64,000 bases of DNA from the human T2T-CHM13v2.0 reference genome, Homo sapiens. The notes under the pieces are model-generated. The model worked only from the letters and a program-made list of their open reading frames with translations, was not told where the DNA came from and ran no database searches. The stretch lies in NCBI RefSeq assembly GCF_009914755.1, contig NC_060931.1. One strand, given 5' to 3'. The position numbers and the translations under genes were made by a program. Below, piece after piece: positions 13,475-25,132 of the stretch (positions are counted from its first letter, which is position 1; each line of letters opens with the position of its first letter).

Positions 13475-16400
13475 CCCAACCATATGTGTCTTAAGAAACT
13501 GGAATGAATTCAAACTGGAAGTATACTTCTTAATTAAACCTACCAGTTTGTCAAGATGGAATCCAAATTCTCTGTACACAAATTATGAAGAGGAGTAGAA
13601 GACAAGGCTCAAATGAAATTCAGAATCATCATCTTTTATAGAAATTATTAGGAAGGTTTTACCTAATTCTGCTAACAGGTTTTCCACTATTGAAAGCCAA
13701 AGAAATTAAAATTAATGGGAAAAATAAAAGAACTCAAGCAATTGATCAAAATGTATTTATAATACCTTACTTTCTTACATTTGAAATGTTCAAATCATTT
13801 TCAGCTTTTGCTGAATGTATGCTCATTTCCTAATGTTAATGTCTTCTTTGCAGTATATAAATTAAGTCCAAGGTTGCACAGTTAACTATAAGAATGAATT
13901 ATACTTAAACTTTCATATAAACTATGTAGATTGGAGTAAGACAAAAATGAAACTTCCTTTTTTCAGTATTTCCTAAATTATTTCCCAGGAATCCCAATAA
14001 GTGTAATCCAATATGCAGATCCGTTCTCCCTCCTTGACACTCCTTAGTATTAACATTATTTCACATGATAGAAATAATTCATATGGTGTCTTCCTTTATA
14101 ACTGGACCCCTTTTCAATGATTTCACTCACTTGTTACGTATTCACCTTATATCCAATGGATACAGGATATAAACGAATGTAATCACAAGACACTCTCTGC
14201 CTTAAAGAGCTTACAAATAGGGTGTGAAAGAGTAGAGAGTCAGAAGAGGGCTGTCATGGGAGTTAACATTCCATCTTACATAACAGAAATAATATAAGGG
14301 GACAGATACAAGCTAAGTGCCATAAAGGAGGTCCAAAGTTACCAGGACTCAAAGGAAGCAGAAATGTTATCCAAATCGAGGTATTAAGGAATACAGAACA
14401 AAGAAAGTGACATTTGAGGTTGGCCCTGAAGGATAAGCAGAATTTCAACAGGTGGAGAGTGGTGCAGGAGAGGTACCAAGTGCACATTCAGAGATCTGTT
14501 CAAATTAAAGTAATAGAGGTGGATGGCAAGAAATCCATTAGGGCAAATGGAGTAGTCCATCTGTCTGTAGGATACATGTTAACAAATACAGAGGAAGAAC
14601 ATGAGAATATCCTGTCAAAGCCAAAGCAAGTACAATATTGAAGATAAAAAATGCATAGTCAGGAAAAGTTTAAATATGAGTAAGTATTTGAAGACTCTTA
14701 CTAAATAGACTTCACATGTGTATGCCTTACAGTTAATACCCACAGATCTCCCAATGTCAATAGTCCAAGATACTTGCTAATGCAGTATACAACTCTAAAA
14801 CGATGAAAAGTGCTTATCTAAGGGGTTTAAAATTTCAATCAATCAGGAAACATATACGGGTTAACCAATGGTTATGGACACCATGTTATTTATGGATATA
14901 AAATACACAATCCTGGTTCTCAAGTCAGCAAACATAAAGTCACTAAACTGAAAATACTTTTACATCTCAAGGGATTTTTTTCTGGTATATCCAATGACCA
15001 TCAGTCATCCTGTCTTACCAATGTTTAATATAAACCTCTGTCTGAATCTTAGCCATCCTCAATCAGTTTATATCTACAATGCATACAATCACAGAATAAA
15101 ACTGTTCACTAACAGTGAGATAATTTTTTGCATTCATAAAACAACTCAAATTTTATTATTATAAAACAGATCAAAGGGGGTTGCACTAGGTTAAATCTAA
15201 GACTTCTTCCAATTAAAAAAATCCTTATGCTGTGATTCTAATTCTACTGAACTAAATCCTTTAGGAAGGCCAGAGAATAGGAATAATTTAAGTGGCTACT
15301 TAAATTACAAAGCCAGTAGATATCCAAATTTCGGCAAACTACTATAGACAAAGGAGATGGTCAAAAATGTTTAATAATAATCCTGACTCAAATGGACTTC
15401 CAGACTACAACTGTACACTTGCATAGATTCCTGCCACATGCCTTGCAGTCCCTCCGGTTCACCTCTCAGGCAAGAGCAGCTACATGTGCAGCTGGTAAAA
15501 TAAAAATCAGGTATGGCAGCAAACTGGTGATATTCAAGAAAACTACCCAGCAGCTCTTGGAAAAATCTCTCTGATTGCTGGCCTGCCTGCTCCACCAAAC
15601 CTAGCATCTATGGATCATCACTCAAATAGTGACCTTCATGTAAGTATGCTTGTTATCAACCACCGGTGCGTTTTCAGTGCTGCCTCCTGGATCTTGGACA
15701 AAGCCCAACATCATACACACTAACTTCTCCTGTTAACAATTCACTGACACCCAGATTTCATCTCTGCTGTGTTCTGTTACATCAAGAAGCTCACAATTAA
15801 TTTACTTCCTATGAAGACAGAGCAACTCATCTGAACCTCATGAGAAAGAACAATAGTGTGATTAGTTCCTCAGAAGGCATGGAAAACACATATTTGCTTA
15901 TGTGTCTGATGGTTATTATGCCATCTAATTTTTAAGTATTATGATGTTTTTATTTCATTAACCAGAATGTTACATAATGTGCCAGAGCCACATTATGTAA
16001 TATTTCATTCATCAGACAAGTACTAAGTGTTTCAATTTTTCCTACTCCTCTTTGTCTAAAATGAATTCAATATTATTAATGAATTACCTGCATAATTTAC
16101 CTGTATCATCATTTAACTATAGCTATTTTAAATTATTATAATTAATTTAAATTATCATAATTATAGCACAACTTCCTTAAAAGAAGAATTTACTGGAATA
16201 ATACTCTTGTAGAGATATACTTCAGTATGGCATACTGCAGAATTCAGGAATTTACTGAATTTTTATTCATTTATCGTTATGTCATTCATTCCTGGCAAAC
16301 TGTCACTTTTGTCTACATACAGTTCATTTTTTCCAAACTAGAAATGTACTCACCCGATTTAACTGCTTCCATCAAACAAACAAACAAAAATTGCTACTTA

Positions 16401-17899
16401 GTTTTAAGAACAAGTCAATAACTTTAAAATGGCATGACAGACAAGTAGCTTGACCTCCAGAGTGTCTTCCAACCCTAATATCCATGGTTTTACAATGATA
16501 GGCTGCATGTATGCTGTGTTTCCTTCTTAAAAAACTTTCCTAAGAAATCATTAATAGTGAGACATTTGTTTTTTTAAAAAAGAAATAATTTATTTTTAAT
16601 AGGAACCTATTTGCATAGATATTCATTTACCCATGTCTTAAACATAGGAAAATATCCTCAAAGATATTCAAGTTTATACAAGTTTTCCTCTTATAGACCT
16701 TTTTTGTCCTTGATTCCATAGAGAGATTCTAATAATTCTATGTTGATAGTGGTTGTATAAAAGGGATATAACTGCAATGTCAAAAATTCAGCATTATCAA
16801 GTTCTTCTGTAGGAACAAAAAATGAGCAGAATACCATTGTGAAAATGTTTATTTACTAAACAACCTTGAAAAATCAGAAACTTTTCAAGGAACTCTCAGA
16901 GACAGAAAGAACAAACATACTTTTAACATACTGATATTTAAAAGGAGAATTAAACTCCTGCTTTTCCTGCTTTTATTGAAAAAAGCCCTAGTAAATGTAT
17001 TATTCAACCACACAAATAGCAATTTTATTCAGAAGGATTCTCATGAACTAATCCAATTGAAGACCTGGCTTTACAGAGTCAAATATGTCATGTTTCTTTT
17101 ACCCTGTTAACAATTAGGTTTTCCAGAGAAAATCACATTTTTACTCACCTTTTATGCAATATATTACTAAGATCTTTAAAAAAGAGAGAAAATTAGAAAA
17201 CTCTCCTTGAATAATCATTAAGCTTTACAGCCTTTTCTTTGGGTTTTTTGTTTTGTTTTTAAAGCAGTGACTATTCTAATTATAATATTTAAACATCACA
17301 AGTTTATTCACTGATATGTAATGACTTTTAGTTTCCAGAGCCAATACTTGAATTTGAATTGCTTTTACTGTTACACTAATAAATATAATCCCTAGAAACA
17401 ATACAGGTAAGCACTGGCTTGTATCTTTCTTACAGCACATGATCCTATCATGTATCAGGGTTATGGTGATCATCTTATTCCTTCAAACATGGGAAGAACT
17501 GCTTCAGGAGAGTAGCTAGGTATGATTTACCCTGGTATCTTTCCCAGCACCTAGCCCCATGGTTTTTAAAGCATATGCCCTTCCTAAATCCTTTTTGAAT
17601 AAATGGAGCTCAAATGTTCACTTATATTAGCTATGTGTCAGTATCTCATATAGATCAATCCCTATGTTAGGGAGGTAAAATTTAATCTTCAAAAAGCACT
17701 TGATTCTGATTAGCCTTTTGGTTATGTTGCCTACTCAATCAGGAAATTCCTGGTAACCGAATTATCAGAAATATCAGTTGTTCTATAAAACTGGTTAGGT
17801 TAAGTATAACAAAACAAGGCAATTAAAACAAAGATGAGTAAATTTTTAAAGAGAAGAAAGAACTGCTCATCTCATTACAAGGCAAGTTCTACAAGTGCG

Positions 17900-17990
17900 G
17901 AGACTTTTCCAGGCTTGTTCATTGCTATATCCCCACCTTCTAGAAGAGTCTGGCACATAGTGGACCCTCAGTAAATATTTGGTGAATGAA
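17900..17990 (+). mobile_element. L2 3' end fragment
   Basis: TGGCACATAGTGGACCCTCAGTAAATATTTGGTGAATGAA. Confidence 0.65.
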
Positions 17991-20900
17991 CAGACTGCTG
18001 ACAAAACATGCTATAATTTTATCTCTATTGTTTTTAGTTCAGGCTGTTCAAACAGGATCCATTTGTGCAGTGCAGAAACTCCAATACAGGTTCACAGTGA
18101 AGTCCTATTCTGGCAAAGGTTCCAGGATTTGGGATTACCAAATGTAAAAAAAGAGTAAATTTACTTCCCAGACACTCACTGGCTGATCAGGCGAGGGCCT
18201 GGGATACATCAAATGCAGGTAAGCAAGAATTTCAAGTCATTATCCCTGTGCATGCAGGCAGTACCAGTGCCAGCAATAACAAGTCAGCTTTTCTGGCAAA
18301 TCCATCAAAATTAAATCTTAAACTTTTGAAAAAACTAATATGTTTATTATGCTCCTGTTAGCTTAGAGGCTTAACTATCTGTGGGGGAGGGCCTATAATT
18401 ATGATCAATTACTTATGACTTGAAGGTACTTATAAAAGCATCTGCCCTTTTAAGAAACCATTAAAGAACCAGGCTTAAGACTGTAAAACTAATCCCAGGG
18501 GCAATAGTAAATCACAGGTTTGGGGACCCAACTTTGACAACTCTCCCTTGGAAAGAAAAGAATTGCTGTCAACTGTCCTTATTTCCTGACCCTGTCTGAG
18601 CAAATATTCGCAGCCTCTAAAATCCAGAATTCTTAGTCTGGCCAAGCAAGTCATGGGGACCAATGGTTGTTTCAAGGCAGAGGCAGAAGAGAAGAAACAG
18701 GAAGGAAACAAAAAGGGAATGAAGATCTGTAGCTCATGAGGGTGACATCATCAATAATTTCCTCAAGTATCACTGAATTTCATGGCTCGTGACTGAGAGT
18801 CTTTTCTGACATCTTACAGGCTAATTATCCTCAAGGATCTTCTTGGTTCCAGAGCCTGTAATGTCTGGGTTTGAATATGATTTGTTCTACAAAAAAGGTC
18901 AGGTGAATTGACCCCTCCCTGTGAAGCTGCTCCATGGCAAGAGACCATCAATCTGCTGAAACGCAAACAATCCTTTAGATATCTGAAGTACTTTCAAATT
19001 TACAAAGTGCTTTCACATACGCCATCTCATTTTATTCTCACGACTTTAACAGGTAGGTGCCATCATCACCTTAACACGTAAAAATAATTTTAGAAAACAA
19101 TGCCTTTGTCTTCAGTTCATAAGAATATCCTCCTGAAATTCACAGTACAGAATCCAAGTCATGGGTCAGTTAGAAACGTCTAGAAACACATCAATCTCAG
19201 GAGGATAAATCAAGAGAATAGGATGGATCAGACAAAATCTACAAGCACAATGGCAGAAAGTGTGCCTCTGGTATAAGAATGGCGTAAGCTTTGTAAACAA
19301 TAGTGTTATACAGGGGTGCCTCTGTAGTACCTCTACGTTTGGAAGGACATTATTCATTCATATACATGATAAGCACCCTTAACTGGATACTCCATAGGTA
19401 ACAGACAAAATAAAACAAGAACTTCCGTCTTAAAATTGTAGTGGTGGAATTCATCCTTCGGGATGTATTAGGTGATTCCCCTAGGACGACAGCTGAGTTA
19501 CAGGGGGCTAAATATACCCTCCCCTTTTCCCTCCAATATCACAAAGAGCCCCAAAAACGGATTTTGTTGTTTTTAACAAATAAAATACACATGAAAAAAA
19601 GTCATCTATAGGTTTTTATATATAATCTCATCTTCTAAAACACTCATTCTCCTTCACTAGCTAGGCCGAGGTATAATGCGGTCTTAACTTTATAACCATT
19701 TACTGCCTTATTTATATATTTATGATTCTTTGATGCCTTCTAGCTTGAGTCTAAACTGCGTTGGGAACAAAGCACCGCACAAATCACCAGCCTGGGATAA
19801 GAGGAGACAAGTTAAAACCTCCCAAGAAGATTCTGTAGATATTTGGTCTCTCTGAGTCTGTAGAGAGTTTGGTATTTCAAAGGTCAGTCTTGGGTCTCTC
19901 CACTTTGATGACTAATGTTAAATTGTTTGACTTTTTACAAAAATATTTAGCTGTGCTTATTTACATCATTTCATCCTCAGCGCACACAGTAGGCATGTAT
20001 TTGTTGAACAGAAGCCCTAAATGGATGAGAAAAAAGATATTTCTGCTACACATTTTCTCAAGATCGAGAAAGGTAAAATCACAACCCAATTTGCAGAAGT
20101 TTCTAGGCATTCCTTTTCAATGTAAAGCTATGCATCTCTGTTTAAAAAAGAAAAGGATGACACAACCAAACAATGTCAACCACACAATGGGGAAATTCCA
20201 GGATCACTAAGAAAACACCATTATCCTAAGTCACACATTTTCATTTAATACTGGTTACCACACAGGAGAGAGTAAGAACTGCTGTCTCCCCACCCACTCG
20301 CACAATCCATCTGGGAAAAGCATGGGCAGAACATTTATGATCTAACCATACCACATCTTGGACTCACATTTAACCCTTTGGAGAATTAGTCTAAAGAGTA
20401 TGTCCGCCCAGAGATATAAAGTAAAACAGACACAGGGATAACAGTTTTGGAAGAAATTTTTATGACGCTGTTTGAGATTGGGCATCAGCACTCAAACTCC
20501 TTAGACCACCAGGAGTCATTCTTACTACGCAACTTTAATAAAGAGAAACTGAGAGTATGACTGGCAAAAATATTATGATGTTTCTGCATCTTGTTAACCT
20601 GATTTACACTTGGCTCCACCCATAAAGTTCCCACTGATTATCACACGGCATCCTCATTCTCCAGTCTCACCTACTCTGTCTTTCAAAAATTCCCCAACGG
20701 CATGGCCACGAAAAATATGCGGGGGCTAGCGGGGCATGTCTCAGGTTGGCTTATCCTGTCCCTAAAACGCACCCACTTCCCCCAGACCCTCCTTCAGGGT
20801 GGGCAGGGAGAAAACGCTTCTAAGTTGCACAGCTGCAGGGAAGCCTGCTCAGGTCATGTTTTTTTGACTTGTCTTTCGGCTCGCTGTCTGGCAAGGTCAC

Positions 20901-21079
20901 CGGCTCTGGCTCGCGGCTCTGTCGACAAAACTTAACTCTCACTCTGTAAGACCAACAGGTCGCGCAGGACCTCCCCAGTCGCCCTCTGCCCCGCACCTTT
21001 CTGGGCCTGAGGATTCCCGGCTCGGCCCTCCCCGCGCGCGCGAGGCCCCAGATGGCGAGGGCGCAGCTCCCTGGCTCAC

Positions 21080-21312
21080 CTGACCACGTTGGGGTGCTCG
21101 AAGGTCTCCAGGTGCCTCAGCACCGCCACCTCGCGGATGGTGGAGAGCGGCATGCCCTCCTCGCCGGTCTGCACCCGCACGCGCTTCAACGCCACGAAAC
21201 GGCCTCCGTTCTTCAAGTCGCGGGCCTTGAACACCTTCCCATAGGCGCCCTCCCCGATCTCCGCCACGCATTCGTACTGCTGGTCAGCGCGGCACAGGCC
21301 GTCCTTCTCCAT
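21080..21312 (-). CDS. CDK6: Cyclin-dependent kinase 6, first coding exon (codons 1-78, phase-2 donor; gene continues left of the window)
   Basis: [43 protein letters not shown]...[23 protein letters not shown]: Gly-rich loop, Y24, catalytic K43, CDK6-specific PLSTIRE helix; Kozak GGCGGCATGG; donor GTCAG|GTGAGC at 21080/21079. Confidence 0.99.
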
Positions 21313-21679
21313 GCCGCCTGGACGCCGCCCGCCGCGGCGCCGCTGGGGCGGGCGGGGGGTGCGCTCAACTAGCTGGCGGCCGCCGCTCGCCTACTCCGGG
21401 GCTCCCCGGAGATCGGTCTAGCTTTACTTGCTCCCCGCCGGCTCAGGCGCTCGGGCGCTGGGGCTTTCGCCGCTGCAGAAGCTGGATGGAGAGACCTCCC
21501 CGCGGGGCTGGCGTAACCCTGGTGCCGCCGCCGCGAAACTCCGCCTGCAGAGTCGCCGCCGCCGCCGCCGCCGGAGGAGCGAGCCGATCCCTCCTCTTCC
21601 CTCCTCGAAGCGAAGTCCTCAACACAGACACGATTACATAGCCTCTGCCCAAGCGCGTCTCAGTCCAGAATCATTGCAC
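21313..21679 (-). other. CDK6: CDK6 exon 2, 5'UTR portion (367 nt)
   Basis: Acceptor ctttcttcttatcctcccgtctcctcctttag|GTGCAATG at 21680/21679; branch-point-like CTGAT at 21720-21716. Confidence 0.92.
21555..21572 (-). repeat. (GGC)6 trinucleotide repeat in CDK6 5'UTR
   Basis: GCCGCCGCCGCCGCCGCC on the + strand. Confidence 0.9.
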
Positions 21680-21861
21680 CTAAAGGAGGAGACGGGAGGA
21701 TAAGAAGAAAGTGCAATCAGACAGCCCAGAAGCCTTCCTCGGGGTTCCTCCAGACTCCCCTCCTCCTCCTTTACGAAGCCTCCATCGCTACCCTCCGCGC
21801 GCTCCTGCCCTCTCCCAAGCCGCTTAATCCTTCCTGGTTCCTCCGAGAAAAGCGAAGTTAC

Positions 21862-21906
21862 TTTTCTTTCCCTGCAGGGCTGAAGCCGTCTTCGCGCGGA
21901 GAGGTT
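21862..21906 (-). other. CDK6: CDK6 proximal non-coding first exon (1b)
   Basis: Donor GAAAA|GTAACT at 21862/21861; the joined sequence AACCTCTCCGCGCG...GGGAAAGAAAA-GTGCAATG matches my recollection of the CDK6 mRNA 5' end; TSS approximate. Confidence 0.8.
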
Positions 21907-24466
21907 GCAGGGGCCCCTCGGGGATGAGCGAGCGGCGCGGGACGCAGTGGAACGGGAGGGGGCGTGCCGAGCAGCCCAGAGTGTGCCGGGAGCGCGGGGG
22001 AGGGGAGGCGCCGGGCACGTCAATGTCACGGCTTAATATTTATCCCTATATCATTGTGTTGCGCCGCTACCCTCCCCGCCTCCTGAGGCCCGGACGTGCA
22101 GGGAGACGGGGTCCAGGGGTGCCGGAGGGCGTTCAGGGGTCGCGCACAAGCTGGAGCGGAAGGACTGTGGGTCCATCCGTGTGGGGCCGCAGAATGTGGG
22201 TGGGGGCTCCCAGGACCCTGTAACCCGATGCTGGGAGTGTGCGAGAAGGGGTGGTCAGACATCTGCTCAGAAATTGCTTCCTTTCTTTCTACTTTCAGTT
22301 TTTCTACGAGGAGACATTTAAAAACGACTCGCATACACAAATGGTCTTTTTGGGGTAAAGGAGTCTCGGTTGGAAACGGAATTCTCTCTCCGGCTGGGAG
22401 GACCTCCCTGGTGGAAACCTTGGGAAGACCAGCCATCTGGTCGGGGAGGGTTGGGGCTTATCGGGGGTGGGCGAGCGAGCGGTCCTGGGGGAGGGGAGAC
22501 ACCGTCCCCCACGGGATCCCAAGGGTGGGAGAAAGGGGTGTTCGCCACAATTTCGCTTGTCGTCTCCTTAAAGAATAACTTCAGGAAGGGGATAGCATAA
22601 TCGCGCCTCGTCCTTAAGTTTTAAACTGATTTCGACCTGAGCAAAACTCAACCTCCCTTTCAAAGGGTGGGGGGTGGGGGGTTAAATCCTGCGCCTCCAG
22701 GGGTGAGAGAGAAGGTCTCTGTCCTCGGGGCCCGGACTCGCGAACCTTTTCCCATTCCCAGGACCTCCCCGCTGTAGGTAGCAGAGGTGGCTGCCCCATT
22801 CCCCCTCCGGCTAAAGGCCCGGTCCAGTCTGCAGCCGGACGCCCCCGGAGCCCTCTGCACAACAAAGCGCCAGAGTAGGGTACCCTAACTTTCCCTCCCC
22901 ATTCAGCAGCTATCTGGGACCTAGGGGGCCTCCCTCCTCCAGGGCCGCCGCGGCCTCGGCAGGACTTTCACCACGACGGCCGCATGTCCGGAATTCCCGG
23001 GGCACCTCGGAATTACCTGCCTCGCAACCGCTGGCCCGCTCGCCTTTTGCCAGGAATTAAACAAACGGCGCGACCCCCACGATGAGCGGGTGGAGCGGAC
23101 CGCGGCGAGAGCAGAGCTTCTGGCACTCACTACATTCAGAACTTTCCTTAAAAGCCGAGGAAAGAGCCCCCAGGGACTGCCCGGGGGTCTGAGCCAGGTC
23201 GAGGGCCACACAGGTAGCCGGGGAGCCGCCGCCGGCCGCCCAACCCGCCTGTCCTGCATCCCCCCAACCCCCTCCCGCTCGAGTCTAGCCCCGGGCTCCG
23301 CAGCGAAGGAAGCGTCGGGGACGTCCCACCCCCGCAGGGAACTGCGCCTGCTGCCCCCGCCGGGCCCCGCACTGCCCTGGCTCTCCCCCCACTCGCCCCC
23401 CAGACGGTCGGCTTCGGCGGAGAGAAACGGGAGCAGCAATGCCTTTTCCCCCCCTCTCCTCCACTTTTTTTTGTTGTTGTTGTTGCTTTCCCACGCTGGC
23501 TGAATGTGACTTGACCCCATTTCAAAAAAAGTTTGACATAGTGCTTCAACATTTCCGCATTCCTCCGCGACTACAAAGGCTGCAGCCGCCTCCTTCTGCT
23601 TTCTGTCTCTGCTCTCTGTCTTCACACTCAATGAAATCCTTCATGCGCCTCTCCCGAAGCCTGCCAAGCACCACAAGGGTCGCCACCAGCACAGCGACAA
23701 GAGGCCACACCGGGGACCGCGACTCCCGCGTGTGCGCACACGCAGATGCGCCCATATGCACACGGACGGGCGCGCTGCGGGGACCAGGGCTGCTCACTGC
23801 GGGGCGTGTGTTTAACTCCAATATTTTAAATTATAAAAGTAAACTTGGAAACTACAGCAAACGTGCGTCTTCGCGGGGCTCCAAGCCTGGGCACTGGCCG
23901 GCTGCGTGCACTTTTCTGTGTATAACACGCCCGCAGGAAGCCTGCGTTAACATTTATCTCGTGGAGGGGAAGGTGGAGCCCACACCCACACCTCAGCGAG
24001 CTGGAGAGGGAGTTTTCGAGGGGGAAATGCAAGCACATTCTCCAGCATGGAGTCCCTAGAGGCAGTGCATTTTAAACCCTAAATGTGAATTATTATGTGA
24101 GTGTCCGAGTAGAGTTCCAGTTCCGTTTGGAGAAACTGTATGAGGCGTGTTCCGTGTGGGTGTGTGTGCGTACGGATACGTGGAAGCAGGATCTCGGTGT
24201 CGCGGGTGTCCCTAGGCTGGGATCTCCCCCTCTCATCAGATAAGGAGAATCCTCTAGCTCCCCAAAACTGGCCCCCATAACCAATCCCGTCTCAGTTCGT
24301 AAGGGGTTAACCAAAGCCGATTCCAAGGAAACACAGGTCCCCCCCACCCCCCGCCACCCTCCACTTACCCCACCCACAGTTCTGCCTCGGACCCCGGCCA
24401 ATCCCCCAGATCTCCCCCGGGACCCCCCACCCCGCAGCCCACCCACCCGAGCGCACAGCTCCTCAC

Positions 24467-24563
24467 CTGAGGGGCCCAGTCGCGTCGGGCCTCCCGAGGG
24501 GGCTGCGAGTGTCAGTCGGCTCTCCGCACGTGTCCGCGGCCTCGCGGAGCAGGTAATCAGACT
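24467..24563 (-). other. CDK6: CDK6 distal non-coding first exon (1a)
   Basis: Donor CTCAG|GTGAGG at 24467/24466 within the CpG island; 5' end approximate (could extend to ~24615). Confidence 0.75.
24472..24552 (+). ncRNA. CDK6-AS1: Probable first exon of the divergent/antisense lncRNA CDK6-AS1 (body extends rightwards)
   Basis: + strand donor GAGCAG|GTAATC at 24552/24553; a head-to-head lncRNA is known at this promoter; start position is recalled/approximate. Confidence 0.55.
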
Positions 24564-25093
24564 CTGGGGAAGGAGTTACCAGCACTCTCTCCGGCGAGGG
24601 GGTGGGCACAGCGGCGGAGGGCGGAGGGACGGCGGAGGGCGCCGCCCGCGCCGCTCGCTGGGGGCGGACGGGGGCCGCTGGGCTCCGGCCGGCGCTGGGG
24701 GCCCCAGCCGGGGAGGCAGCTGGGGCGACCGTGCGGGGTGGGGGCAGGGACCCGCGAAGCCAACTCTGCCGGAGACCCACCCCCCGGCGGGGCTGGGGGC
24801 TCGTGGCGCAGTGGCAAGAAAGTGTGCAAATTAAAGCCTTCCGGAGAGAAATGAGGCGGCCGAGTCCCGGCAGTGCTCCGAGCTCCGGGCTCCCTAGCTC
24901 CCTTCTACGAGTCGGGGGCTAGAAGGGCGCGGTGGGGGTGGGGGTGGGGGGGAGAGTTAAATGAAAATTTCCGGCTTTCACTGAAACTGTAGTAGGGGGA
25001 TCCTGCGACTAAAATAAGCGGCATTAGTGGGAGAGAGTGGGACGTGTCGTCGGGAGTCGGCGGAGTTTCCAAACCCAGGGTCGCCCAGAGTTG

Positions 25094-25132
25094 GGGTTTT
25101 GACAGGGTGAAGCGGGGGGCATCCTCACTGTG
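25094..25132 (-). other. Cryptic 23-bp-spacer recombination signal sequence
   Basis: Minus strand CACAGTG (7/7) + 23 nt + TCAAAACCC (7/9 vs ACAAAAACC). Confidence 0.75.

Noticed and set aside
18093-18131. CACAGTG heptamer (others at 1668 and 1938)
   Set aside because: No acceptable nonamer at 12- or 23-nt spacing, unlike the site at 25094-25132
21052-21372. 106-aa + strand ORF
   Set aside because: Antisense shadow of the GC-rich CDK6 coding exon; no independent coding evidence
21313-21393. Possible non-AUG N-terminal extension of CDK6
   Set aside because: In-frame TAG at 21393-21391, with no CTG/GTG/ACG/TTG in frame between it and the AUG
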